In this document: one piece after another, positions 15,789 to 27,711 of the stretch
Numbering within the stretch: position 1 is the stretch's first letter
Layout: every line of letters begins with the position of its first letter
Assembly (NCBI GenBank): GCA_951406725.2
Contig: OX597825.1
Location: 29,450,001 to 29,514,000, forward strand
Source: Octopus vulgaris
Lineage: Eukaryota
DNA length: 64,000 nucleotides
Direction: 5' to 3'
Made by a program: the position numbers and the translations under genes
Notes under the pieces: generated by a model
What the model saw: only the letters and a program-made list of their open reading frames with translations
What the model was told of the DNA's origin: nothing
The model's database searches: none

Positions 15789-15839
15789 ATTTTTTTTGAT
15801 AAGGTTCGTCATTTCAAGAACCGAAACATGTTAAAAAAT
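15789..15839 (+). ncRNA. Minimal type I hammerhead ribozyme, U3-A8 variant
   Basis: Stem I ATTTTTT/AAAAAAT; core TTGATAA; stem II GGTTC-10 nt-GAACC; GAAA; palindromic stem III A-CATG-T; GUU site with predicted cleavage after 15832. Confidence 0.75.
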
Positions 15840-16296
15840 AAAAATAAAAATTTGTCTAATATAGCAGCATTTTCACTTTTTACAAATATATACCCACTCG
15901 TATACGAGCTAATCTTATTATAAATATACTCATATATATATACGTATATATTTATTTATTTAATATACACACATGCATCTGTATGTGTAGATGTGAGTTA
16001 GTTAGCTAGGGTCAATTTGTATCACAAAACCCCTTCAAGCTGGTGCCCCATCATGGCCGTACTGTAATGACTGACACATAAAATATAAAAGAAAATTAAA
16101 AGATATACATACATTCATACATACATATATATTTACATATGTATTTGTATGTATTCATACATACATACACACCATTTGTTGAATACTTTCTTAAATACTT
16201 TCTTGTAAACTGTTTTTAACATTTTCTTATTATTATCAAAGGAAGTATTTTAATACTTTTGTGACAACCAGTACTTAACACAACGAAGCTTTACAT

Positions 16297-16344
16297 TTTA
16301 CTTTTGGCAATCTTTTTCTAAAAAAGTGAAACCGGTCAAGTGAA
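16297..16344 (+). ncRNA. Degenerate minimal type I hammerhead ribozyme
   Basis: Stem I TTTACTT/AAGTGAA; core TTGGCAA (U3-A8, A6G); stem II CTTTTT/AAAAAG with T-T at its base; GAAA-CCGG-TC; AATAAA immediately after. Confidence 0.6.
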
Positions 16345-16402
16345 TAAACATCTTTAAAATCGCATTTTCAAACCTTCTTTCATATAAATAAATAAATAAA
16401 TA

Positions 16403-16439
<37 letters not shown>

Positions 16440-16514
16440 AACACACACACACACACACATATATATACATATATACATATGTATATATATATATATATAT
16501 GTGTGTGTGTTCTG

Positions 16515-16830
16515 TTAAGAATGCATAAGAGTATAAATAGAGCTTGTTCACCCTTAGAATTCCCAAATAGCCAGTAGTATTGTTATGGTATGCTATCAAT
16601 TCTAGTCTTAGAAGAAGCCATGGATGTTGTAGCATGGAAATCTAATTTTACTTATGGAGACAGCAACTGAATATCACCTGAGGAGATACATATAGATCTT
16701 CTTATACAGGTAAATCGTTACATAATTTAATTTAAACGTAACTTTAAATCCTCTATATACAAGGATCTGTATGGATCGAAACATTTGTAGTGATTAAAAA
16801 GCTGTCTAACCGTACTTACTTTTCCTTTTG
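16515..16830 (+). mobile_element. Penelope-like pseudo-LTR cassette (TATA box, hammerhead, polyA-like signal)
   Basis: TATAAAT at 16532-16538, hammerhead at 16658-16807, ATTAAA at 16793-16798; flanked by simple repeats. Confidence 0.5.
16658..16807 (+). ncRNA. Type I hammerhead ribozyme with canonical core and very long stem II
   Basis: Distal stem I AGACAGC/GCTGTCT, internal loop, proximal stem I ATCAC/GTGAT; core CTGAGGA at 16678-16684; stem II GATACATATAGATCTT/AGGATCTGTATGGATC; GAAA at 16778; stem III ACATTTGT; GUA site with predicted cleavage after 16789. Confidence 0.8.
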
Positions 16831-17041
16831 ACTCCTTTACTTTTTACTTTTTATATATGTATGTATATATATCCTTTATCTTTTTACATTTTATTTGTGT
16901 CAGTCATTACAGTCTGGCCATGCTGGAGCACCATCTTGAAGGCTTTTCGTCAAAACAAATTTACCTTAGCCACTAATTTATTTGTCTACACACACATGCA
17001 CACACAGATGCTTGCGTGCATAAATATACATACGTATATTT

Positions 17042-17084
<43 letters not shown>

Positions 17085-17212
17085 ACTATAGTGTTTCATT
17101 ACACTATAGTTAAACATATGTTACATCCTATTGTATTTTACTAAGAGGTAGACCTGATCCAATTGGAAGATAGTTGGCTCCTATTAAAGGTTGGCTTCAC
17201 TATATTACTGCA

Positions 17213-17610
17213 TTAACCCTTTCGTTACCAACCCAGCTGAAACCAGCTCTGGCTCTGAGTACAAATGTCTTGTTTTCATAAGTTTTGAATTAAAATCTTC
17301 CACCAAACCTTAGTCTCAATTTACGTTCCTAACACTCACTGAATAATAACTAAGTTATTTTACTAAATTCTTTGTTATATTTAACCCTTTCATTACCAAC
17401 CTAGCTGAAACCAGCTCTGGCTCTTTAGTACAAATGTCTTGTTTTCATAAGTTTTGAATTAAAATCTTCCACCAAACCTTAGTCACAGTTTATGTTCCTA
17501 ACACTCACTGAATAATAACTAAGTTATTTTACTAAATTCTTTGTAATATTTAAAGTAATTGAAAGAAACGCAGAGCATCTCAAAATAAAATACAATAACA
17601 AAAGGGTTAA
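17213..17610 (+). mobile_element. piggyBac-type MITE, 1.7-copy head-to-tail dimer
   Basis: TTAA-CCCTTTCGTTAC at 17213, second TTAA-CCCTTT at 17381, right end ACAAAAGGG-TTAA at 17610. Confidence 0.85.
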
Positions 17611-19334
17611 TATGCCTTAGTCTCTTCCTGTATTAAAACATAGCCAAAGTCTCCCAAGACATTTTGTTTCCTTTAACATTTATCACCTGCAACAAGTGAT
17701 ACATCTATTCCTGTAAACATATTTAAATGCTTCCTATGTGTGCTAGCAGCAGCTACCTTATAGCAACACTGACTGATTATATCTCTAATGAGTTCCCCAC
17801 CTTCCTTTTTATTTCAACCCCCACCCCCTCTCGTTCTCTCCTTCTTTTCCCTGTGTGCATGTTCATGTTCTGAGACACATGCACATTTATACCATGTGTG
17901 AAATCCCCTGAATTTTTGTTCTTTTAATTTTCTTTTTCCTCTTTAAATAGTTTACATACCTTTTCTTCTTCAATCATGAGTTTCCACACATTTTCTGCAA
18001 GTTCTTTTCAGTAATATCATTAATTAATTGCCTGATTCTGTCATTTGCTTATTTTGATTTCACTATCACTAACACAGAAAAGAGAATGAAAATTAGATAA
18101 TTTTCTGTTACACTTCCTATTTTTATTTTATTTTATTTCCATTGATCCCAGGTTTCGATAGTCATCTTTTCAATTGCAGCAGTGATCGTGATTGTCTATT
18201 TGAGATAAAGTGTCTACATATGTGCAACTGTGTGCCTGTGTGTCTTTGTGTGGGAGTGAGAAAGAAAGAGAACAAGAGGTAGAGAGGAAGGAGTAATAAT
18301 TAATTTTAAAAAAAGAAAAAATCCGAACAGTGTTTACCCAAAGTAGAGCAAGCATCTGATTTTGAAACCAGGACAACTTCGCAGCAGAATGCAATTTAGT
18401 TTCTTTACAAGCATTATTCTAATTAAAGGGATAGATATTTTCTCCTAAGTATGTATGTTAGCTTCAGGCAAAACACTCTGGAGAGAGTTCTTTTAATGAA
18501 AGCCTTTATTATGTTGTTTTCTTATTTTATATATATATTCAAATTAACTTTTTTTTTTTCCTCTCGTCATTCTTGGAGGCACCTATTGTCACTGAACTGT
18601 TCCGACGATTCCCAAGAGTGTGCTCAAAGCTCTCATAATTTACTTCAGACTGTTTTTAATTTGTGTCTTTGTTTGTTTATATTTGTTCCTTTTGTCCTGT
18701 TTTGTTATATTTTTTATTCTTTTTCGGAATATGTTGTTTTATTTGCGTATTCTTTCTATTTTTAAGAGCCTCAATTTTTCTGTTCTAAGTAGAAAGAATT
18801 TTCTAACAATTTATTTTAAATTCTTTACATCTTTGTTAACATAAATCTGTAAGCATGAAGTGTCTGGGAGAGAACAGGAATATGTGCACATGTATGTGTG
18901 TGTGAGGAACGAGGCTAGAATGTGTGTGTGTGTGAGCGAGAGAGAGAGAAAGAGAGAGAGGGAGTGTGTGTGTGTGTGTGTGAAAATGTGAGTGTGCTAT
19001 GTAGACACGGGTGTAAATAGCATTTCACTTCTAGAAATATCTATAAATGTTTGTATGAGTTTGTATCTTTTTTCTTTGTTTTCTGAGACATTTTAACAAA
19101 TTAATTAGGAAATATTAGAAAATATTTACTTGCGGGATTTAAATATCCCCCAAGCCGTCTCTCCATTTTAATGCCAATACCATGAAGCCTATTGTGCAGT
19201 AAGACAATGGAGAATGATGTTTCCAAAACCAGTTCTTTACAAAAGAAGTGTTCACTAATATAATGGTATTAAAAATAAAACAAAAAAAGCTAAAAAATGT
19301 TTTGTTTGCTTTTTAATCTATTAATTTCCTCTAC

Positions 19335-19493
19335 AAGAAGTTTACTTCCCAAATATGTAGTTCCTGGTTCAGTCCTACTGCATGGCCCCTTGGGAAAGTG
19401 GTTACCGATATAGCTTTGGGTTGACCAAAGCCCTGTGAGTGGATTTGGTAGATGGAAACTGAAAGATGCCTGTTATACATATATGTTTATGTG

Positions 19494-19541
<48 letters not shown>

Positions 19542-19750
19542 TTTGTGTCTGGTTTGTCTCCCACCACCACTTGACAACTAGTGTTGCTGTGCATGCATTC
19601 TTGTAACTTAGCAGTTCAGCAAAACAGACTGATAAAATAAGTACCAGGCTTAAAAAAAAGTACTGAGGACAATTCATTCCCTCCAAAATTTCTTCAAGAA
19701 GGTGCTCCAGTATGGCCACAACCTAATGCTTCAAACAAGTAAAAGATAAA
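19335..19750 (+). mobile_element. SINE family A, older copy
   Basis: ggttcagtcctactgcatggc...gtgagtggatttggtagatggaaactgaaag...ggtgctccagtatggccac...aaacaagtaaaagat. Confidence 0.85.
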
Positions 19751-20329
19751 AAAATAGTAGAAACATTAGTGCTTTGTGATATTTATTCTGGCTCTTAGCA
19801 TTCTAAGTTCAAATCCTACCATGAACTACATGGAGGGCAGAGATGGGTAGATTAATATGTTGCTCAGTTTAACTCCAGTGCTGGGTGCCTTTATTTGAGT
19901 TCACTCTTTTAAAAAAGCATTCAGAAGTCAGGTGTCTGGTTTAAGGAGATGTTGCTACCCCCTCTGCACCTTCCTCTGATTTCAGAGGTCCCATAATAGT
20001 GTCATAAGCATAACTTTCTCTTCTAAGAGATAAAACTATTATAAATAAAAATATGCAGTGGGTAGTCCTGAGCTTTTAACCTCAAAATCCCTCTATGGAG
20101 TTTGTTGATTTATGGTAATCTTTCAGGCCATTGCCTTTGCAATTTAAAACTGTTCTCTCTAAGGACAAAAAGTAAAGGTCTCAGTCAGATTTGAACTTGG
20201 CACATAAAAGGACATAGCTAAATGCTTTTTCATTTTTGAACTTTTGAACTCAAAAAGCTGCTTACCTAGTTTTTATGGCATTTAAGTGGTCAAGATCCCA
20301 ACATCCCCCCACTAAACAGGACACCGACC

Positions 20330-20530
20330 AGTTGCAGAGTTGAAGGGCAGCAATTTTTGTAGGGAGGACCACAAGCTGATCAAATCACTCCATGTACTTG
20401 ATTTCTACTTTATTATGTCAATACCAAAAGGGTAAAAGCCAAAGTTGATCTTGGTAGGATTTGAACTGAGTAAGTTAAGATATGGAAGAAATGCCGCTCA
20501 CATTTTGTCTTGATGTGCCACTGAATCTGC
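20330..20530 (-). mobile_element. SINE family B, degenerate
   Basis: aaagccaaagttgatcttggtaggatttgaactgag resembles the reversed B box and body of the 30932 copy. Confidence 0.55.
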
Positions 20531-21335
20531 CCACTAACCCTCTCGTATAGCTAAGTACTACATGACATTTGATCTGTCAATTTACTAAGTCTGTTCATAG
20601 ACTGTGCTTCTTACTTCACCATATTACAACTCATAATGCAGAACAGCGTCAGAAACACACACAAACTGTACAAAATAAATAACAAAATAGTGATATAATT
20701 TTACAAAGCAGTCCAAAATCTAATTACAACTTTTTTTAATTAAAGTAATTCAACCAAATTGGTAAACTTGATCTGATCCACTAATGCTTACCATATTCCA
20801 AAAATTTAGCGATAGTCATTTAGCAACAATCTTAGTTAACTTTAGATAACTACTGCACTGTAGTATAATTAATTTAATTAATTAAAAATTAGCTGATCCA
20901 ACGAAACTTCAAAAATACTGATAGTATTTCTTCAAGTTTTAGATACCGTATATAGGTAACTGGTTCAATGTTGGTAAATTTTCCTTGCAATAAGTAGAAG
21001 ATGTTTAGTATTTTATCTTAGTGAACACTAGTAACTCTCTGCTACTACCATTGTTTAGTGTCTACCATAAGTTACTCCATTATCTTACCTGTTGAGTTCA
21101 TGAATTCTTTCAAAACTGCTTATTTCAAATATGGTGTTACAACACTGAATCTTCCCATTCCTCCTTTCTCTCATGTGTGTAAGTGTGTGTGTGAATTTAT
21201 ATATGAGTATGTGTGTGTATGTATGTATGTATGTATGTATGTATGTATGTATGTATGTATGTATGTATGTATGTATGCTTGTATGTATATATGTATGCAC
21301 ACATGTATGTATGTATCTAAGTATGTATGTATGTA

Positions 21336-21632
21336 TTGGGTCATCCCATAAATAATGCAGTTTTTTTTATACTTCTTATATTTTTCAAAATTAAAATAAA
21401 GTTCTTTTTTAATCTAGAATATACTCTCCTTCATTTTCTATGCTCTTCCATCTATCTGGTAGACTTGCAAGACTCCTCATCCTAAATTCACCCATCCATG
21501 ATGAAAAATTATCCTCCAGTACTATTCTGACCTTGTCTACAGAATTCATATTTTTTCTGTTCAAAAGATTTAGAAGACTGTAATGTAAATGATAATCAGA
21601 TGGGGCAATGTTTGGTGAATATGGTGGATGGG
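21336..21632 (-). mobile_element. Tc1/mariner transposon 3' fragment (transposase C-terminus and right TIR)
   Basis: 21630 to 21409 translates HPPYSPNIAPSDYHL...LPDRWKSIENEGEYILD*, matching the mariner YSPDLAPSD motif; TIR ttgggtcatcccataaataatgcag next to a TA at 21334-21335. Confidence 0.92.
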
Positions 21633-22597
21633 CCCCTGCTTAACTTTTGCATCCGTTTGACACGACGGAACAATTGAGAGTTTGAAAGAGGAAGTGTGAA
21701 AGAGACATACCAACATGTGTGCTATTATTTTTGTATTCAGCTTTTTTATATGGATTTGGTAGTTTCAGGTCAGAATTCTTTTGCATTTAGTCTCAATCAA
21801 AAACCTTTCTGTCCTACTATTTCAGCCATAGTCTTGAGTTTTTTTTTGTTTTTTTCTTCTTTTTTTATTCATTTCTACTTTGCTCAGTCTTGTTAAATAT
21901 TGACCATTTAAGATAATTTCTTATCAACATCTTAGCATGAGGTTTTGAAATTCAATTTTCAATTTAGTTTTTAGTTTTTGTAAGGCTTCTCTAGTCACAT
22001 CTCCTGCATTATCACAGCTTTCACTTGTTACCTCAACCCTCTGTTTTACATTTGTTGGCTTCTCTGAGAATGTAAAAAGATTTTTCTCATTTTTGCTCAT
22101 GTTCTGTAGCTAATTGTATTAGTTTACGCTTGTTCTGTTCTAGATATTTTTATAGTCTTACTGAAGATGCTCTATAAAAATTTTTTGGTAATAATAAGAA
22201 GACTCCTAACTCTTTGTATTAATAGCAAGTATATATTTCTGTATAGCTTTTTTCCCCCGCAAGTGATCTGTTAAAGATGTATACATTATTCTCCTTATTT
22301 TCATCCTAAGTTTTACTAATTCACTTACCAGTGAGAATATCATATCAATATTAGCAACCAGCATCTTAATTTTGGCATTTAGTTGTGTTTAAGAATTAAT
22401 CTAATGCATTTATAACATTCCTTCCTAATCTGATTTTACATACATTTCTATCTACTCTCTAGTCTCTTTTACATGGTGTGTTTGCACAGATAAATCCCAC
22501 TTGATGTTAATCCTCTCCAATAACAATTTATGGCTGGTGTTGGTACCATTTTTTATTTTCCATTTTTTCCTACTTTGAATCTAAACTGCCTACTTAC

Positions 22598-22990
22598 CTT
22601 AAATCATCTTACATCTTCTTTTATATTCTTTTCATGTCATCTTACAAGTGTCAACACATAGCTGACAGTATCATCTGTTTTACTTGTTGCTTCTATCTAT
22701 TTTAACTGTAACATGGTTTGTTCAAATTTTTCTGTTCTTGTGTTATTATTGTCAAGATTTCTGCTTCTGTTTCTGTTTTTTTTTTAACCAGTTCATGTCA
22801 ACATCATTATCATTGTTGTTGTTATTGTCCAATACCTATCCACTTAAACCTATATTTTTTTTTTTTTCATTCTCCCCTTAAGATTTATGTGAATTAAGTA
22901 AACATATCTTGCGAGATGCAAGCTATTAATATACATCTGCCTCGCAGGATTTACATTCAAGAGGTAAAAATCAAGCGATGATTGGCTCAA
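22598..22990 (-). promoter_or_regulatory. Candidate core promoter and non-coding first exon
   Basis: Minus strand: CCAAT at 22981-22985, TATATTAA at 22926-22933, consensus donor AAG|GTAAGT at 22598. Confidence 0.3.
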
Positions 22991-24007
22991 CTTTCACTTT
23001 ATTTAGCATAACCATCATCATCATCATCTTCATCATCGTCATTACATCGTCAACATCAACTGTCCTCCATGTTTCTTTCCTATAATGCAATATTAAAACA
23101 AACAAGAAGAAAATTACCGAGAAAAATTCATTGCACATTGGTTATCAGGTTTAAAAATGCATGCGTAAAGATTGAATGCAGCAATACAAAGGTCATATGA
23201 TGAGAGAGAGAGACAGAGCGAGAGAGAGAGAGAGATAAATAAAGACCAGGATTGGATTCATACAAGCTTTGTGTAAGAATCAGTGCAAAGCTGTAGGCTG
23301 CAAAGGAGATAGGGGGAGTAAGAAGACAGAGAGAGGAAATCAGAAGATCAAAGTTCAAACTCAATTTACATTATATGAATGGGGATGACATAAACTGAAT
23401 TGCTTTTACTGAAAGGCATTCTAGCACTTTCTGAATTTTTCCTTCTTCATACATATATTTATATACACAAATGCACATATTAACATACGTGATCAAATTA
23501 TTCAAATGTATATATATATATATAGATATGTAGGGAGTGAGTGAGAGAGATACATATATACATGTATATAGTTGTAACTCGATGTGTGTGTGTGAGTATG
23601 AATATTTGTATATCTATATGCGTGTATGTGTGTGTGTTGGTTTGACTATCAGCATGGGTGTGTATATATATATATATATATATATGAGTGTGAGTATGTA
23701 TAGGTGCTTATAAAAATTAAATATATATGCATGCATGTATATGTATGTATAATCATAGGTAAGTGAACGGGAATAAATATGCATGTGATGTATGCATATA
23801 TGTGTGTGTGTGTGTGTATGCTTGGTCTAGTCTTCTGACTTGCCAGCTCGTGAAAGTGTCCAACCCATACCAGCATGAAGAATGGGCATTAAATGATGAT
23901 GATGATGAAGATGATGGTAATGATATATATATATGAGTATGTGTGTGTATGTGTGTGTGTGTGTGTATATATGTATATATGAATATATATACACACATAT
24001 ATATATA

Positions 24008-24076
<69 letters not shown>

Positions 24077-24739
24077 CACATATATGTATGTATACACATT
24101 TTAAAGTGCGTGCATACCTGAGTATATATACTTTACTGTAAATTACATCGTGGTTCTTCAGTGATTAAAAGTGTAACGGCTATTAGGTTTGTCATAGAAA
24201 TACAATATTAGAGTGAACAGGATATAGGGGATATTGTAAACTGGGGAGAGAGAGACAGAGACACAGAGAGAGGGGGGAAGGGGGGAACAGAGAGAAAATG
24301 GTGAATTTCCATGGTAGAGAAAGCATGCTCAATAGCATTTAACTCTAACATGTCTGATCAGTTTGTTTACCATTTTAGAATAGTAGAGGTCAAAATAAAT
24401 TGGTTTAAAAAAAAATAAAAACGAAGAAATAAAATCAAAATGAATCTTCCTCTTCTGTACAATTGAATAATCTACCCAGGTATACAAAACATATTACACA
24501 CGCACACACACTCACACATACACTCACATAAATATTCCTTTACATTTTTGCTTGCTTTTCAAATATTTTGTTTAATTTTTTTGAAGATATCATTGCAAAG
24601 CCAACCGTGCTGTTGCCATCTCAAGCATGGTTATTATATTTTAATATACTTTTAAAAGTTATTATTTATGCAGCCTGGTAACTAAGGGGAATATTCATGT
24701 GTCTGGGGTTAAAAGTAATTGGGAAGAGGTTTTTATCCC

Positions 24740-25346
24740 CTTACTCTGTAGAAGTTCATATTTTGGCAATGTGCTGTGCTTGAGAGGACTTGTCAAGCCA
24801 ATTGCACCTGTGCTGGTGGCACATAAAGAACATCTTACGAATTTTGGGCCTCACGAAGGCAAAGTGACTGAGTTATTTTCGAGTGTTGGGCCTCACAGAA
24901 GCAAAGTGACTGAGTTCCTTTCAAGTGTTGGGCCTGATGGAGGCATAGTGGCTGAGTTCTTTTTGAGTGTTGGGCCTCACTGAGGCAAAGTGACTGAGTT
25001 CCTTTCGAGTGTTGGGCCTCATGAAGGAAATGACCAAGACCTTTGGCAATATGTTATGCTTGTGAAGAAGATCTATGAAACTGGGCAAAATCACAGTTGT
25101 GGCAGATACTAGTGTCACGCAAATTGGCACTCATGTCGGTAGCACGTAAAAGCACCCATTACACTTTCAGAGTGGTTGGCGTTAGGAAGGACATCCAGTC
25201 ATAGAAAACCATGCCAGATCAGACTGGAGTCTGGTGCAGCCTTCTAGCATGAAAGCCCAGTCAAACCATCCAACCCATGCCGACATGGACAATGGACGTT
25301 AAATGATGATGATGATGATGATGATGACGACGATGATGACGATGAC

Positions 25347-25384
<38 letters not shown>

Positions 25385-25400
25385 CGATGATGATGATGAT
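24740..25400 (+). mobile_element. SINE family D with internal 42-bp tandem array and (GAT)n tail
   Basis: The 3' part is the reverse complement of the 11153 copy; 42-bp units start at 24839, 24881, 24923, 24965 and 25007. Confidence 0.85.
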
Positions 25401-25559
25401 GGTCACCACTCAGCAAGAAACAGGAACATTTTTAGCAATCTTAGTCTTCTACTTCTTATTTGTGCTTCAGAAGAAGTAAAAGATCCTTTATTCCATGTCA
25501 GCTGTAAGAGACTAGCTCTGACACCCATGCAGAAGGTTCAAAGTCACCAGTGTCTTGTA

Positions 25560-25910
25560 CACTCTGAGCCTTATTGGAAAAGCAATGGAATTGCCTTTTG
25601 ATATGTTGTCAGGCAGCAAGTCAAGAAATATGCCAGCAGACAGGAACCATTCCATGGGCAGGTAAAAAAAACTGAAAGCTTGCCTGGAACAGTCATGTTT
25701 CCCATCAAAAATCTCTGTCCAATATTTATTCTTCAGGGCACAGTTGAGAGAAGGCGAAAGAAAGCCAGCCAGAGAAAATCCTGGTCTGACAATATTAAGA
25801 ACTGGACAGGAGACAACACAGCAACCCTCCCATGCATGGCAGAGAACAGGGACCTGTGGCTGAGTATGGAAGCATCTAGTGTGGTAACCCAAAGAATGCC
25901 TGATGTGTCT
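25560..25910 (+). mobile_element. RTE-clade LINE 3' fragment
   Basis: ILQGTVERRRKKASQRKSWSDNIKNWTG...AENRDLW matches the RTE C-terminal pattern ILQG.V.G.R..GR..K.W.D.IK.WTG...A..R..W. Confidence 0.8.
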
Positions 25911-26195
25911 TTTACTTAGCTTCCTGGTTTCTCTGCTTTCTGTTTGTTTCTTGGTTTGTTTTGCAAATTTATTAATTTCAGCAATGTCCAAAAATAAACT
26001 TCTTTCTCTTTTACGCAGAATATAGAATTTGTACATTTATAGAATTTGTACATTTATGATGGATATATTCTCAAACATGTATATATATGTACATATATAT
26101 GCATGTGGGTATATGTATACACACACAAATAAATAGATAGATGGCTCAGTAGATAGATAGATAGACAAACAGACAGAATTATTCAATGCTCTTCT

Positions 26196-26430
26196 TATTT
26201 CTTTATTGTCCACAAGTGGCTACACACAGAGGGGACAAACAAGGACAGACAAATGGATTAAGTCGATTATATCGACCCCAGTGCGTAAATGGTACATATT
26301 TTATCGACCCCGAAAGGATGGAAGGCAAAGGCAACCTTGGTGGAATTTGAACTCAGAACATAAAGACAGATGAAATACCGCTAAGCATTTCGGCCGGATT
26401 GCTAACGTTTCTGCCAGCTCGCTGCCTTTA
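26196..26430 (-). mobile_element. SINE family B, full length (3' partner of the U6 chimera)
   Basis: Minus strand GGCAGCGAGCTGGCAGAAACGTTAGC...GAGTTCAAATTCC...AATAAAGAAATA; same family as 30932 and 53205. Confidence 0.9.
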
Positions 26431-26431
26431 G

Positions 26432-26537
26432 AAAATATTGAATGCTTCACGAATTTGCATGTCTTCCTTGCGCAGGGGCCATGCTAATCTTCTCTGTATC
26501 ATTCCGATTTTAGAATATGTACCGCCATGGTTAGTAC
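26432..26537 (-). pseudogene. U6: Full-length U6 snRNA retrocopy (106 nt)
   Basis: Minus strand ...ACATATTCTAAAATCGGAATGATACAGAGAAGATTAGCATGGCCCCTGCGCAAGGAAGACATGCAAATTCGTGAAGCATTCAATATTTT, with ACAGAGA box and AGC triad. It carries U74A and CpG-decay changes relative to canonical U6 and has no evident upstream TATA/PSE. Confidence 0.95.
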
Positions 26538-26569
26538 TCTTCAATGCTCTTCTATTGCTTTGAATATCT

Positions 26570-26606
<37 letters not shown>

Positions 26607-27711
26607 ACACACACACATACATACACACTCACATACACATATATATATATATATATATATATATTCTCAAAATAGAATGGAAGGCGGACGTTAAACAATA
26701 ATGATGATAATGATGGTGGTGATGGTGATGATGATAATGATACTATATGTATGTGTGTATGCACGCATGTATTCAGTAGCTCAGACTTTTATTCATATTC
26801 AATACACACAAATATGTATGTATTGAGTATAAATGTAGATGCAGGATAGATCATGATACAAACAACAAAAAAAAAAAAAGAAAAGCAAGCACCAGATGGG
26901 ACTGGATCTATACAGAAATATGCCAGTCTTTATTGTTGCTCTTATATATATATGTGCGTGTGTCTGTATTCTTATACACATACATGTATATGTATATATA
27001 TCTATATATGTGCATATATATATATATATAGTGTTTTCATTGTCAACCAGTTCACATTAATTTTGCTTCTTCTACTTATTTAGTTGGGTTTTTTTTTTGC
27101 TCTTTGTTTTGGCCTTTATCGAGTAATTGTCAGTTCTAACATAGAAATCAATACTCAAAACTTGCTATTGTTACTCAATAAATCCATACACTACAACATA
27201 GTTAATGAGGTACAGAAAATATTATAAGATTGGCAGTAAATAACAGGCATGTTGAGTTCTATTCTGTTATCAGAAGACTACCTACAAGCACACACACACA
27301 CAGACTGAAGTTAAGAGAGAGTGAGAGAGAGAGCATGGACTATTCAAGGTTGAAGAACAGTCTTAGTGACCATGACATTTTAGGAATGTATGAAATAAGA
27401 GCAGCAGACTTGCATCGTTTATGCCAAGAAGAAACAGACATGGAAGTATTTGTACAAGAGGTTTCTAAATATGGAGAATGTAAAAGAGAGGAAGAGAGGA
27501 ACTTATTGTAGTAATTCCTCCAGAGAGACTAGTTTTGCTGAAGATGGCACCAATAGAGTACAGATACAGTAATGGATATGAAATCTGGTAAAGTACCTTG
27601 ACCTCAAATGTAGTTATTGAGATGCTGAAAATATTCAAAGCAAGATATGCCCTGTCCACCCATATAATCAGTCAGGTAGTGCACAGAGGTTTAATACCCA
27701 ATGTTGAATCA

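Noticed and set aside
18567-18620. Possible pre-miRNA hairpin (cattcttgg...ccaagagtg)
   Set aside because: Only about 9 bp pair well, the inner part does not, and I recognise no known miRNA.
24839-25030. Regular 42-bp array resembling CRISPR
   Set aside because: Units repeat over their whole length with no unique spacers, lie inside a SINE, and the context is eukaryotic with no cas genes.
26432-26537. Functional U6 gene
   Set aside because: U74A at the catalytic bulge, CpG decay, a disturbed 5' stem, no evident upstream TATA/PSE, and enclosure in a TSD indicate a retrocopy.
27230-27700. Complex-looking ORFs of 93 and 81 aa
   Set aside because: No recognisable motif, broken frames and run-on into a SINE; cannot be assigned without a search.
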